A stretch of 63,751 bases of DNA, filler included. It is 4 parts of 4 records of this genome, joined end to end, with 100 filler letters (N's around TTAATTAATTAA, not from the genome) between each part and the next. Parts side by side here need not be neighbours in the genome. Positions count along the whole stretch, not along the records: positions 1 to 27,626 come from SRR22947727_5828; 3 more parts are not named here. One strand, written 5' to 3'. A model generated the notes under the pieces. That model saw only the letters and a program-made list of their open reading frames with translations. It was not told where the DNA came from and made no database searches. A program made the translations under genes and the position numbers. How positions within the stretch are numbered: the first letter of the stretch is position 1; the number at the start of each line of letters is the position of its first letter. This document shows positions 9,202 to 19,398 of this stretch, in pieces.

Positions 9202-12200
9202 GTGAGCGAAGAAGGGGAGAAAGTGATCGTTGCGCGTCATCCCTGGCGCTGGCTTGCTGCATTGGTCTCTGCGCTTAGCGCGCTTTTGGGAGCGTTGATC
9301 CTGTGTTTGTTGTTGTTGATCGCGGTTTTAAAGGGTCGCGATCTTCCGCTGCCATACTGGGTTGAAGAACGCATTGCGAGCGTTTTAAGCGAAAATCTTC
9401 CAGACGCTGAAGTTAAGTTTTCTGATTTATTCCTGACATTATCAGAAAACTGGGCGCCTCAATTTCAGTTTGAGAATGTTTCGATTTCGTTGCCAGGGGC
9501 GTTAGATGCGCCGCTTGATGTAAGAGCCCTGCGCGTTGAACTGAATTTACCAGCGCTTTTAGAGGGTCAGATCAGGCCAAAAACGCTCATAGCTGATGGC
9601 GTTTTTATGGCGTTAAGCCGGCAGAAGACGGGCGATATTTACGTTCAAAGCGTGGATTTGAAGCCAAGCGATGTGGCGATGACGCTGTTTCCAACATTGA
9701 TCATGCCGATGGATCAAATAGTACAATCCGCCCTCTTTGAAAGTTTGAAGACAATTGCGATCAATAACATTGCGATTACTTATCAAGATTTTCTCAGCCG
9801 GCGAAATTGGGTGATTGATGGGGCAGGGCTTGTTTTGAAAAAACAAGGGGCGGCTTTATCGCTTGACGTCAGTATGGGGCTGCTGGCTGGAGGAGCTGAT
9901 TATGCGAGCTTGCGCCTGGGCATCGAACGACAAATCGGGGAGAGCGCTGCACAATTTGATGTCGCGTTCGAAGATTTACCAGCGCAGGACATGGCGAGCC
10001 AGCTGCCCTTTTTTGCATGGTTGAACGCGGTTGAGGGGCCAATTTCCGGCGCGATAAGCGGCGCGATAGATGGATCCGGCGCTTTGGGGGCGCTCAGCGT
10101 GAGTTTGCAGGTAAAGCAAGGCGTGGTCAGACCCAATGAAACAGCGGTGCCGATCCAGTTTGAATCGGCGCAAACGTATTTCACCTATGATCCGCTGGAT
10201 CGCCGTTTAGAGTTTGATCAAATTAAAGTTGTAGGTTCTGATGTGTCGTTTCTGGGGCAGGGTTACGCCGCGCTTGAGATGAATGAGGCTTGGCCCGATA
10301 GCTTATTCGGCCAACTTAGATTGTCCGAGGCGAAAGCAAACTTTAAGAACAGTCAACTCGATGCAGTTATCTTGGATGACGCTTTGGTTGATTTTCGTCT
10401 AAATTTAACCCCGTTTCGGCTTGATATTGGGCAGTTTTACGCAACAAACAGTGCAAAAGAGATTTCAGTTCGGGGTCAGGCGCGGGTGAGCGCTGAGGCG
10501 CTGGGTTGGTCTGTGGCGCTCGACGCGCACAGCCCAGTTTTAACCAAGGCCGCCTTAATGGAGTATTGGCCCGCTGGATTTAAACCCAGATCTAGAGATT
10601 GGGTGTCAAAAAATGTACAGCATGCGACCTTACGTGATGTGCGTTTCGCCTGTAGATTGCCGGCAAGCCAGCCCCCTGTGCTAGAGCTTGGATTCGCCTA
10701 TGAGGATACTGCGCTACGGGTTACAAAATCATTGCCGATGATCACGCGGGCGCGGGGGCAATTTTCGTCAAATTCAAATCGGCTTGCAACGAATTTGAGT
10801 GCCGGATTTATGACCGCCAGCGGGGCCCGGCCAGTCGATGTTTCCGGAACGCGCTTCGTGATCCCCGATACGAAAAAAATCCCATCGGATGGGGTGGCGG
10901 ATGTTGTCGTATCGGGGCGGCTGGCGGATGTGCTGCCGCTTGTTGATATCATCGTGTCTGCGCGAAATAGCGAAACAAAAATTCCCAAAATACCGGGGGC
11001 GGGCGAGGTTGCTTTGACCGCGTCTGTTTCATTTTCGATGGTTGAAAATGGCGGCGACTCTGTTGAAATTTTTGCGAAAGGCGATGTGAAGAATTTTGAA
11101 GGTGAGCTCGGTGACACAGGCGCTGTGATCTCGAGTGATTTGGTGCAAATCTCTTTATCCCCCAAGCAATTGGAGCTCACCGGAACAGGCCGGTTTGACC
11201 AGGTACCTTTCACGGCAAAGTTTCAAAAGGGATTGGGCCCAGATCAGGCGGATGTGCCCGCCCTGCTTGAGGCTGAATTGGATCTTTCCTCTGAATTGGT
11301 AAACCGCTTTATAGGGGCTGAGATCGAAGGCTTGATCAGCGGCAGCAGCCCTGCCCGGATAACCGCAAGCTTGCCAAGCGGCGCAGAAGCATCATTTTCG
11401 CTCAACTCTGATTTGGTGGGCTTAGGAGTAAACGCAAAGCAAATAAATTGGCAAAAACCGGCTAATAAACCCGCTCAATTTCTGCTGACGGGGCGCTATA
11501 ATACGCGGGCGCTGACCGATCAGTTTTCCCTAACCGGCGCCGGTTTGAATTTGGAGGGCGCGGTAGATTACGCGGAACCAGGGGAATTTAAATCGCTATC
11601 AGTGTCTAAGCTTCGCGTCGATGATACGCTGGATGTGTTCGGCAAGTTTGACCCTGCGATGGGCGTTGAAATATTTGGCGGATCGCTTAATTTTCCAAAT
11701 CTGATGGCAGGCATGCCCGAAACAAGCGGTGCGCAGACGGCGCCGCTTGTATTGAAGGTGGCTTTGGATGAGGTGGTATTGGGTGAAAATAAACTTACCG
11801 AATTTCGTGCGGATTTGATCAGCGCACCGCAATTGTCGGGTCCGTTTTCGGCAAAAGTGAACGGCGTGGCACACATTGAGGCAGTTTTATCGCCGCTTTA
11901 TGGCCGCACGGCATTGGACGTTACGTCAGAACAGGCAGGGCGTTTGCTGACATCGGTTGGGGCTTTGCAAAGCGCCACAGGTGGGCGGCTGAAATTAAAT
12001 TTAAGTCCAACGCAGCAAAAGGGTGAAACTGATGGGCTTTTGGAAATCCGGAATGTCAAAGTTCAAAAAGCGCCCGTTTTTGCAGAGCTTTTGAACGCAA
12101 TCAGCATTGTTGGCCTATTAGAGCAATTGACAGGGCCGGGTATTCTTTTAACGGAGGTGGATGCCAAATTCAGAAGCACTGAGGAAGAAATTATTGTTGA

Positions 12201-12477
12201 ATCAGCCTCTGCGTTTGGGCCGTCCATCGGTTTGTCTTTGGATGGCTATTACAATCGAAAGGCAGAGAGCCTTGATATGCAGGGGGTTTTATCGCCAATC
12301 TATTTTATCAACGGTATTGGCTCGGCTCTGACCAGAAAAGGCGATGGTCTCTTTGGCTTTAGTTTTAACTTAGATGGAAAAAAAGGACAGCCCAGTTTAG
12401 AGGTTAACCCTTTGTCGATTTTAACGCCTGGGATTTTTCGCGATGTGTTCCGGCGCCCTCCCCCCAAACTTGAGTGA
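9202..12477 (+). CDS. AsmA-like/YhdP-type (DUF3971) lipid-bridge protein
   Basis: N-terminal TM helix, long beta-rich body and C-terminal VNPLSILTPGIFRDVF. Sits in the bcp-[gene]-queA order typical of Alphaproteobacteria. Confidence 0.8.
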   Translation: MSEEGEKVIVARHPWRWLAALVSALSALLGALILCLLLLIAVLKGRDLPLPYWVEERIASVLSENLPDAEVKFSDLFLTLSENWAPQFQFENVSISLPGALDAPLDVRALRVELNLPALLEGQIRPKTLIADGVFMALSRQKTGDIYVQSVDLKPSDVAMTLFPTLIMPMDQIVQSALFESLKTIAINNIAITYQDFLSRRNWVIDGAGLVLKKQGAALSLDVSMGLLAGGADYASLRLGIERQIGESAAQFDVAFEDLPAQDMASQLPFFAWLNAVEGPISGAISGAIDGSGALGALSVSLQVKQGVVRPNETAVPIQFESAQTYFTYDPLDRRLEFDQIKVVGSDVSFLGQGYAALEMNEAWPDSLFGQLRLSEAKANFKNSQLDAVILDDALVDFRLNLTPFRLDIGQFYATNSAKEISVRGQARVSAEALGWSVALDAHSPVLTKAALMEYWPAGFKPRSRDWVSKNVQHATLRDVRFACRLPASQPPVLELGFAYEDTALRVTKSLPMITRARGQFSSNSNRLATNLSAGFMTASGARPVDVSGTRFVIPDTKKIPSDGVADVVVSGRLADVLPLVDIIVSARNSETKIPKIPGAGEVALTASVSFSMVENGGDSVEIFAKGDVKNFEGELGDTGAVISSDLVQISLSPKQLELTGTGRFDQVPFTAKFQKGLGPDQADVPALLEAELDLSSELVNRFIGAEIEGLISGSSPARITASLPSGAEASFSLNSDLVGLGVNAKQINWQKPANKPAQFLLTGRYNTRALTDQFSLTGAGLNLEGAVDYAEPGEFKSLSVSKLRVDDTLDVFGKFDPAMGVEIFGGSLNFPNLMAGMPETSGAQTAPLVLKVALDEVVLGENKLTEFRADLISAPQLSGPFSAKVNGVAHIEAVLSPLYGRTALDVTSEQAGRLLTSVGALQSATGGRLKLNLSPTQQKGETDGLLEIRNVKVQKAPVFAELLNAISIVGLLEQLTGPGILLTEVDAKFRSTEEEIIVESASAFGPSIGLSLDGYYNRKAESLDMQGVLSPIYFINGIGSALTRKGDGLFGFSFNLDGKKGQPSLEVNPLSILTPGIFRDVFRRPPPKLE

Positions 12478-12486
12478 CCGCAAAAG

Positions 12487-13545
12487 ATGAACTTAACAGA
12501 ATTTGATTTTGAGCTCCCCGAAGAATTGATTGCCACGCGGCCGGTTTCTCCGCGCTCTTCGGCCCGATTGCTGGTGTCAAATGGGGAAGGGCTCGCGGAT
12601 CGGTCTGTGGCAAACTTGCTGGATTACCTCGGTCCTAAAGATCGCCTCGTTCTGAATGATACGAAAGTCATTCCGGCCCGCCTCAGCGGCATTCGCCGGC
12701 GCAGCGCCGCCTCAGGTGGCAGTGGCGAAGCCCGGATCGAGGTGACATTGCTGCATCGGCGAGAGAATGGCGATTGGATGGCGCTGATCAAGCCGTTGCG
12801 AAAAGTCGCCCTTAACGAGACGATCGAAGTCGCCGGTGGCCTGTCGGCGCAGTTGCTCGACAAACAACAAGGGCAAGCAGTGCTGCGCTTTGATAGAAGC
12901 GAAGCGGCGTTTGAGAGCGCGCTAGATCGTTTTGGGATGATGCCTTTGCCGCCTTACATCGCGTCAAAACGAGCCGCTGATGCGCAAGATCGACAGGATT
13001 ATCAAACCGTATTCGCGCGGCATCAAGGCTCTGTGGCCGCGCCCACGGCCTCGCTGCATTTTGATGCGCCGCTCTTGGCGCAATTGGCGGAGCAAAAGAT
13101 TGGCATAACCTATGTGACGTTGCATGTGGGCGCGGGCACTTTTCTGCCCGTAAAGGTTGAGGATATTCGAAGCCATAAGATGCATTCTGAATGGGGAAGT
13201 GTTTCCCCGCAAGCCGCGGAAGAAATAGCCGCAACGCAGGCTGCGGGGGGGCGCATTATTCCAGTAGGAACAACCGCGCTGCGTTTGCTGGAAACCGCTG
13301 CGCGGCGCAGCGGCCAGATTGAGGCGTGGACGGGGGAAACCGATATTTTCATATTTCCTGGCTTCCAATTCAACGTTGCAAGCGCATTAATGACCAATTT
13401 TCATTTGCCAAAATCAACATTGTTGATGCTGGTTTCAGCGCTTATCGGGCTTGAACAGATGAAATCCATTTATTCCCATGCGATAAAACAGAAATATCGG
13501 TTTTTTTCTTATGGTGATTCCTCGCTTTTGGTTCCACAGAGATAG
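12487..13545 (+). CDS. queA: S-adenosylmethionine:tRNA ribosyltransferase-isomerase
   Basis: [26 protein letters not shown] and YRFFSYGD motifs. Confidence 0.97.
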   Translation: MNLTEFDFELPEELIATRPVSPRSSARLLVSNGEGLADRSVANLLDYLGPKDRLVLNDTKVIPARLSGIRRRSAASGGSGEARIEVTLLHRRENGDWMALIKPLRKVALNETIEVAGGLSAQLLDKQQGQAVLRFDRSEAAFESALDRFGMMPLPPYIASKRAADAQDRQDYQTVFARHQGSVAAPTASLHFDAPLLAQLAEQKIGITYVTLHVGAGTFLPVKVEDIRSHKMHSEWGSVSPQAAEEIAATQAAGGRIIPVGTTALRLLETAARRSGQIEAWTGETDIFIFPGFQFNVASALMTNFHLPKSTLLMLVSALIGLEQMKSIYSHAIKQKYRFFSYGDSSLLVPQR

Positions 13546-13631
13546 ACAGAAGTAAGCGATTCGATTAGGGTGAACAGGCGGGCCTTTCTACCGTTCTGCC
13601 TGTCGTTCTGCGTGGTGATTGGAGCCTTCCC

Positions 13632-14900
13632 ATGCTGTCAGTTTTTAAGAATTCTTGGGCCCTTTTATTGGGCATGATGTTGTTAATGGTTGGAAACGGT
13701 CTGCAAAGCACCCTGTTGGGGGTGCGTGGCGGCATAGAGCAGTTTTTACCTTTCGAAATGTCACTGATTATGTCCGCCTATTTCGTTGGGTTTTTGGGCG
13801 CCAGCCGCATGGTGCCCTCGCTCATTCGCCGCGTTGGCCATGTGCGCGTCTTTGCGGCGCTTGCCTCCTTCATTTCGGCTGTGCTGGTGCTGTTTCCATT
13901 ATATTTAAATCCGATTTTTTGGATGTTTGGGCGTTTGGTCATCGGGTTTTGTTTTTGCGGCGTTTATATTATCGCTGAAAGCTGGCTGAACAACGCCGCC
14001 ACAAATGAAAACCGTGGCCAATCCCTTTCGCTCTATTTGATATTACAAATGGTGGGGATCGTTGTTGGCCAAGGCTTATTGGTCACTAGTGATCCTGGAG
14101 GCTATGCGTTATTTATCATCATTTCGGTTTTCGTTTCCGTGTCATTTGCGCCGATCCTTCTGTCGATCAGCCCGACACCCGCTTTTGAAACCACCAACGC
14201 AATGCCGTTGAAAAAGCTGATTGAAACTTCACCTTTGGGCTGCGCGGGGATGTTTGTGCTGGGCGGGGTGTTTTCAGCACAATTTGGCATGGCGGCGGTT
14301 TATGGGGCGGAAGTGGGTTTGTCGCTGGGTGAGATTTCGCTTTTCGTTGCTACTTTTTATATTGGGGCGGTGTTCCTACAATACCCGATTGGTTGGTTGT
14401 CTGATCGAATGGACCGGCGCCGTTTGATCATGAGTGTGGCTGCGATCGGGGCCTTTGGGGCGCTTATTGGGGTGTTTATGGGGCAGAATTTTACTTTGTT
14501 ATTGGTTTCAGCCTTCATCGTAGGGGGGACGTCAAATCCGCTTTATTCCTTGCTGATTGCGCATACCAATGACTTTTTAGAATATGATGATATGGTATCG
14601 GCCTCTGGAGGTTTACTGTTCATCAATGGGATTGGTGCGATTGCCGGTCCTTTGATCGTTGGATGGGTTATGCAGGCCATCGGAGCCTTTGGGTTTTTTG
14701 TGCTTATTTCACTTTTGATGGCAGGTCTTACGCTTTACGCGGCCTATCGCAGCACGCAGCGGGCGGCCCCATCCGTCGAAGAGGCAAATGCCTATCAAAC
14801 TGTTATGCCCACGGCGTCTCTTTTATCGGTTGAGTTCGCGCAAGAAATCGCGATTGAGACCGCGCTGGAAGAAGAAGAAAGCCAAGATGTTGATGAATGA
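13632..14900 (+). CDS. MFS transporter (YcaD-like)
   Basis: About 12 hydrophobic segments, with ESWLN and GWLSDRMDRR motifs. Confidence 0.9.
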   Translation: MLSVFKNSWALLLGMMLLMVGNGLQSTLLGVRGGIEQFLPFEMSLIMSAYFVGFLGASRMVPSLIRRVGHVRVFAALASFISAVLVLFPLYLNPIFWMFGRLVIGFCFCGVYIIAESWLNNAATNENRGQSLSLYLILQMVGIVVGQGLLVTSDPGGYALFIIISVFVSVSFAPILLSISPTPAFETTNAMPLKKLIETSPLGCAGMFVLGGVFSAQFGMAAVYGAEVGLSLGEISLFVATFYIGAVFLQYPIGWLSDRMDRRRLIMSVAAIGAFGALIGVFMGQNFTLLLVSAFIVGGTSNPLYSLLIAHTNDFLEYDDMVSASGGLLFINGIGAIAGPLIVGWVMQAIGAFGFFVLISLLMAGLTLYAAYRSTQRAAPSVEEANAYQTVMPTASLLSVEFAQEIAIETALEEEESQDVDE

Positions 14901-14995
14901 AGTTTTATACATCTATATATAGAAAAATATTGAAAAACCTTTCATTTTCATTAATAAAAACCACAGAAGAACTGTAGCAAAATAAGGGAGCGGCC

Positions 14996-15571
14996 ATGGC
15001 CCCTGATCAGATCTTAAAATTCTGGCTTGATGAGACTGCGCCAGAAAAATGGTATTCTGTTGATTTGGACCTTGATGCGGAAATCAAGCATCGCTTTGAG
15101 CCTGCTTGGTGCGAATTGATGCAGGGACGCTATGGCTTGTGGTTGACATATCCGAGCGGGGCTTTGGCTTATATCATTCTCGCAGATCAATTTTCGCGCA
15201 ATATGTTTCGTGGTCAAGATAAAGGCTTTTCATCTGATACTGTGGCCTTGGCGGCGTCAAAATCGGCCATCAATCAGAAATGGGATTTGCGCGTTGATGA
15301 ACCTGCGCGGCAATTTTTTTACCTGCCGCTGATGCATTCTGAGAATTTGATCGATCAGGATCGATGCGTGCGTTTGCTCAAAGAGCGCATGTGCGATGGC
15401 GGCGGCCAAAATTTGCTGCATGCCAGAGCACATCGTGAGGTTATTCGTAACTTTGGCAGGTTTCCTGAACGAAACAGCGCGTTGTCGCGCAAGAGCAGCC
15501 AGGCCGAAACTGATTTTATTCGCGATGGCGGCTATGGCAGCCTGTTTCAAAATTTGACCGTTGCGATGTGA
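14996..15571 (+). CDS. DUF924 family protein
   Basis: DQFSRNMFR, FFYLPLMHSE and FGRFPERN motifs. Confidence 0.9.
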   Translation: MAPDQILKFWLDETAPEKWYSVDLDLDAEIKHRFEPAWCELMQGRYGLWLTYPSGALAYIILADQFSRNMFRGQDKGFSSDTVALAASKSAINQKWDLRVDEPARQFFYLPLMHSENLIDQDRCVRLLKERMCDGGGQNLLHARAHREVIRNFGRFPERNSALSRKSSQAETDFIRDGGYGSLFQNLTVAM

Positions 15572-15644
15572 TTTCGTGCTGGCCCATTGAACTCGATTCC
15601 AATTTAGTTTAACATTAAACAAATTTTTTGAGATGAGGGAAGTG

Positions 15645-17039
15645 ATGGCAGAGCGTGCATTTGATCTGGTGGTTATTGGGGCGGGGCCCGGCGGCTATGT
15701 GTCTGCAATACGGGGCGCCCAACTTGGCTTGAAAGTCGCCATTGTCGAACGCGAGCATATGGGCGGTATCTGTCTCAATTGGGGCTGTATTCCAACCAAA
15801 GCGATGTTGCGATCGGCGGAGGTGTTCCACTTAATGCAGCGTGCAAAAGAATTCGGATTAAGCGCCAAAGGCATCGATTACGATCTTGAGGCTGTGGTGG
15901 CGCGCTCGCGCGGAATTGCCAAACAGTTAAATCAAGGCGTTGGCTTCTTGATGAAGAAAAATAAGATCACCACCCTGATGGGCGAGGCACGTATCTCAAG
16001 CGCCACCAGCGTGGATGTAACGACGAAGAGCAAAACGGAAACGCTGAAAGCCAAGCATATCATTCTGGCCACGGGCGCCAGAGCGCGCGAATTGCCCGGG
16101 CTTGAAGCCGATGGCGATCTGGTTTGGACGTATAAACACGCGCTGACGCCGAGCCGCATGCCCAAAAAACTATTGGTTATTGGGTCGGGCGCGATTGGAA
16201 TTGAATTTGCCAGCTTTTACAACACGCTGGGCACCGATACCACGGTTGTAGAGGTTATGGACCGGATCCTGCCCGTAGAAGATGCCGAAATAAGTGCTTT
16301 TGCGAAAAAACAGTTTGAAAAGCAGGGCATGCATATTCTGGAAAAGGCCATGGTCAAAAAACTTGATCGGGCAAAGGGCAAAGTGACGGCGCATATTGAA
16401 CAGGCCGGTAAAATCACCACCGAAACGTTTGACACGGTTATTTCTGCGGTTGGAATTTTGGGGAATGTTGAAAATTTAGGCTTGGAAGATACGGGCATTG
16501 CTGTTGATCGCAGCCATATCGTAACCGATGCTTATTGCCGCACTTCTATCCCAACCATTTTCGCAATCGGCGACGTGGCTGGCGCCCCATGGCTTGCGCA
16601 TAAAGCCAGCCATGAAGGGGTTATGGTTGCCGAGTTAATTGCTGGTAAAAAGCCGCATCCCGTGCGCCCTGAAACAATTGCAGGTTGCACCTATTGTCAT
16701 CCTCAAATCGCCAGCGTTGGGTATACCGAAGCGCAAGCGCGCGAAAAGGGCCATGAAATAAAAGTGGGCCGGTTTCCATTCATCGGCAATGGCAAAGCCA
16801 TCGCTTTAGGCGAGCCTGAGGGATTGGTGAAAACCATTTTTGACAAAAAATCGGGCGAATTGCTGGGCGCTCATATGATCGGCGCTGAGGTGACCGAGCT
16901 GATCCAAGGTTATGTGATCGGGCGTCAATTGGAAACCACAGAGCAAGATTTGATGGAAACCGTTTTCCCACATCCGACGCTGTCTGAAATGATGCATGAA
17001 AGCGTGTTGGATGCGTTTGACCAGGTGATCCACGTTTAA
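15645..17039 (+). CDS. lpdA: Dihydrolipoyl dehydrogenase
   Basis: GGICLNWGCIPTK disulfide motif and HPTLSE. Confidence 0.97.
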   Translation: MAERAFDLVVIGAGPGGYVSAIRGAQLGLKVAIVEREHMGGICLNWGCIPTKAMLRSAEVFHLMQRAKEFGLSAKGIDYDLEAVVARSRGIAKQLNQGVGFLMKKNKITTLMGEARISSATSVDVTTKSKTETLKAKHIILATGARARELPGLEADGDLVWTYKHALTPSRMPKKLLVIGSGAIGIEFASFYNTLGTDTTVVEVMDRILPVEDAEISAFAKKQFEKQGMHILEKAMVKKLDRAKGKVTAHIEQAGKITTETFDTVISAVGILGNVENLGLEDTGIAVDRSHIVTDAYCRTSIPTIFAIGDVAGAPWLAHKASHEGVMVAELIAGKKPHPVRPETIAGCTYCHPQIASVGYTEAQAREKGHEIKVGRFPFIGNGKAIALGEPEGLVKTIFDKKSGELLGAHMIGAEVTELIQGYVIGRQLETTEQDLMETVFPHPTLSEMMHESVLDAFDQVIHV

Positions 17040-17126
17040 TACCTTTTTCCAAAATGCTGTATCAAACGGGCAGGGTTTCCCAATCGCGCCGGGCAATGCA
17101 GCGCCCGCGTTGACAGGCTTACCAGC

Positions 17127-18155
17127 CTATCCGGCACCCCATGTATCGGATAGGCGGTAGCCCTGTGGCCAGGGGTCATCCGGATCCAGCATATGCTGGT
17201 GAATGCCGGTGATCCAGCCACGGCCGCTGATTTCCGGCAGAATGGCCGCGGTGCCATTTAAGTCAGACAGATCCACGATGCGTCCGGAAAACTCTGACCC
17301 GATGATAGAGCGCGCGGTAAGCGTTTGGCCGAGGCGCATTTTGCCCTTTTTATGCAGAACAGCCATCATCGCAGAGAGGGCAGTGCCCGTTGGCGAGCGA
17401 TCAATCTTTCCCGGTTGAATGGCCACAGCAGATTTCATCCGTAACGCATCTTTATCTTCTTCCAATGGGCTTGCGAATTGGCAAAACGAAAAATGCTTCC
17501 AATCGGCATTGGTGGGATGAGAAAAGCCCAATTGCTGGTTGGCCGCGTCGGTTATTTTGCGGCCCAATTTGGCAAGATCGGCCGCTTCATCCGGGGCAAT
17601 TTGAAATCCTAAAGCGGCGGCATCCACCATCACAAAACTATCGCCACCAAAGGCTGTGTCGACGCTCAGCGTGCCAATCCCAGCAACCTCAAGGGGCGCG
17701 GCGATTTGTTGGGCGAAACTGGGAAGGTTTTGCACAAATATCCGTTCAGCCTTGCCGTTCTTGCAATGGGCTTTAATCTGCACCAACCCTCCGGGGGCCT
17801 CAAGGCTAAATTCGGTGATCGGCTCTTGCATCGGAAGAAGGCCGCCATCGAGCAAAACAGTGGCCACGCAGATCGAGTTTGAGCCGGACATCGGCGGGTT
17901 ATCTTCGGGCTCCATGATGATGAAAGCGGCGGTGGCATCCGGGCTTTTTGGAGGGACCAAAAGATTGACGTGGCGAAATACGCCACCACGCGGCTCGTTC
18001 AGCATAAATTGACGCAGCGTTTCATCTTTGGCGATCCAGTTTCGTTGCTCCCAGATCGTGGCGCCCGGTGGCGGTGCAACGCCCCCAACGATCACATCTC
18101 CAACTTCGCCTTCTGCATGCGCCGAGATGACGTGGATGGTTTTTGAACTTCGCAT
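17127..18155 (-). CDS. Proline racemase superfamily enzyme, Ser/Thr dyad (trans-3-hydroxy-L-proline dehydratase-like)
   Basis: HAEGE, EPRG, MSGSN (MCGH in racemases) and DRSPTGT (DRSPCGT in racemases). Confidence 0.85.
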   Translation of the reverse strand: MRSSKTIHVISAHAEGEVGDVIVGGVAPPPGATIWEQRNWIAKDETLRQFMLNEPRGGVFRHVNLLVPPKSPDATAAFIIMEPEDNPPMSGSNSICVATVLLDGGLLPMQEPITEFSLEAPGGLVQIKAHCKNGKAERIFVQNLPSFAQQIAAPLEVAGIGTLSVDTAFGGDSFVMVDAAALGFQIAPDEAADLAKLGRKITDAANQQLGFSHPTNADWKHFSFCQFASPLEEDKDALRMKSAVAIQPGKIDRSPTGTALSAMMAVLHKKGKMRLGQTLTARSIIGSEFSGRIVDLSDLNGTAAILPEISGRGWITGIHQHMLDPDDPWPQGYRLSDTWGAG

Positions 18156-18376
18156 ATATCCTCCGCTTTATATGGCGAGGATGCGGGTGATTGCCGGCGC
18201 TTACAAGAGCGATTTGGCGGAGATCCGCTTTGCGCCGTAAAGAATTGCAATGCCCGTCATTATGGGATGATCTGCGCCGGGATATTTTGGGTCGATCCAA
18301 AACAATTGATATGGATCAAAGCGTGGCAGTGGATTGTTTTAAGCCCGTTCTTGGGTGTTTTTGTATTTATTGCGTG

Positions 18377-18631
18377 CTACCTGCTGCCTGCTATGCGCTG
18401 CGCGGTAAGGTTGGCTGTATGCCCGCCGCTGATCTTAAGGCCATTGCCGAATTTTTCGACTTGTTTCGTCGCTTTTTTTAACTGCGCAGCGCTGGCCTTT
18501 GCCGATGAGCCAAGTTTTTTCGCGCTTTTTTCGGCCTTATCACCGGCTACGGTCAAGTTTTTAAGCTTCGCCTCGCCCTGCTCAAGATCTGATGTATCCA
18601 ACTCAAGCACGAGCTTTGCAAAATCAACCAT
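18377..18631 (-). pseudogene. Truncated phage tape measure protein (N-terminal 84 aa)
   Basis: MVDFAKLVLELDTSDLEQGEAKLKNLTVAGDKAEKSA...ANLTAQ resembles lambdoid TMP N-termini. AAGGAGG RBS present. Ends far short of a normal TMP. Confidence 0.65.
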
Positions 18632-18933
18632 GAGGCCTCCTTTTTGAAATTGTAACAACTTGAGTGAACCTTGGTCTTTTCAACCAAAGGTTTTTTCTGA
18701 GCCATTGTAATGAAGATTAGTTAAGCAGCGCTTATGGCGCTTGGATTATCCAGCGCAGCGCAAGCATAAAGGGATGGCGGATTAATCAGAATGAAGATAG
18801 TAAGGGTCATTGGTAACGTCAAAATACTGCGGTCATTTTCGCTGTACTAAGGCAATGATATGCAAACCTCCTCACCATAGAAAAAGGGCTTTTTTTTGGC
18901 TGAAAACCTGTGTTTCTAACCCGTAACCCTGCG

Positions 18934-19296
18934 CTATTCGGCCATTGGCTCGATTCCGAGCGGGTTCACCCCGCGCCCATGGCCTTCGTAAAACTCCTGA
19001 GACAACCCATGTAATAGCTGCGCCTCTCGCGTGGTTTCGATCAAATCGGAGCAGCTACAAAACGCAGTGATTTCGGCCCAGCTTTGAGAGGTTAATTCTG
19101 CGCTCTGCATGTAAGTAAATGGCCCCATTTGTTGAAGCGCTTCGATCAAAAACTCACCGCCGTCGATATTTGGATAGCGCAGCGAAATATTGCGTTTGTT
19201 TAAGATTTCAGTACGGCTTTCTGTCCAATCTTTCGGCTTACCTGAATAAAACCCCATTTGCCGCGCATAGAGCCTTAATGCAGTTTCGAGTTTCCC
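18934..19296 (-). CDS. Phage tail assembly chaperone T (frameshift extension)
   Basis: SWAEITAF...EAQLLHGLSQEFY resembles tail chaperone C-terminal domains. The frame stays open upstream of the Met (KLETALRLYARQM) back to GGGAAAC. Confidence 0.65.
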   Translation of the reverse strand, partial: GKLETALRLYARQMGFYSGKPKDWTESRTEILNKRNISLRYPNIDGGEFLIEALQQMGPFTYMQSAELTSQSWAEITAFCSCSDLIETTREAQLLHGLSQEFYEGHGRGVNPLGIEPMAE

Positions 19297-19376
19297 AAAA
19301 AATTTGCACGACTTGATGCAAACTCGAAGACCTGTTCGGCAAAGCTGGGCAGGTCAGCCTGTTTTGAACACTTTAT
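19275..19376 (-). pseudogene. C-terminal remnant of tail assembly chaperone G
   Basis: Reads ...DLPSFAEQVFEFASSRANFLGNSKLH*. No start codon, and an in-frame TGA lies immediately upstream. Confidence 0.6.
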
Positions 19377-19398
19377 TCAGATGTGGCAAACAGCGCGC

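Larger units (their letters stand above)
18377..19376 (-). mobile_element. Prophage tail-module remnant (tail assembly chaperone G-T plus tape measure 5' end)
   Basis: Siphophage-like order: G C-terminus, slippery site, T ORF, then TMP N-terminus, inserted between two host genes. No att site or integrase seen. Confidence 0.7.

Noticed and set aside
18267-18647. 126-aa hydrophobic plus-strand ORF
   Set aside because: Antisense to the Lys-rich tape-measure stub (AAA read as TTT). The minus-strand ORF has the RBS and phage context.
18377-19376. Gene transfer agent (RcGTA) interpretation
   Set aside because: No other GTA genes flank it, and the fragments look like a lambdoid G-T-TMP module.
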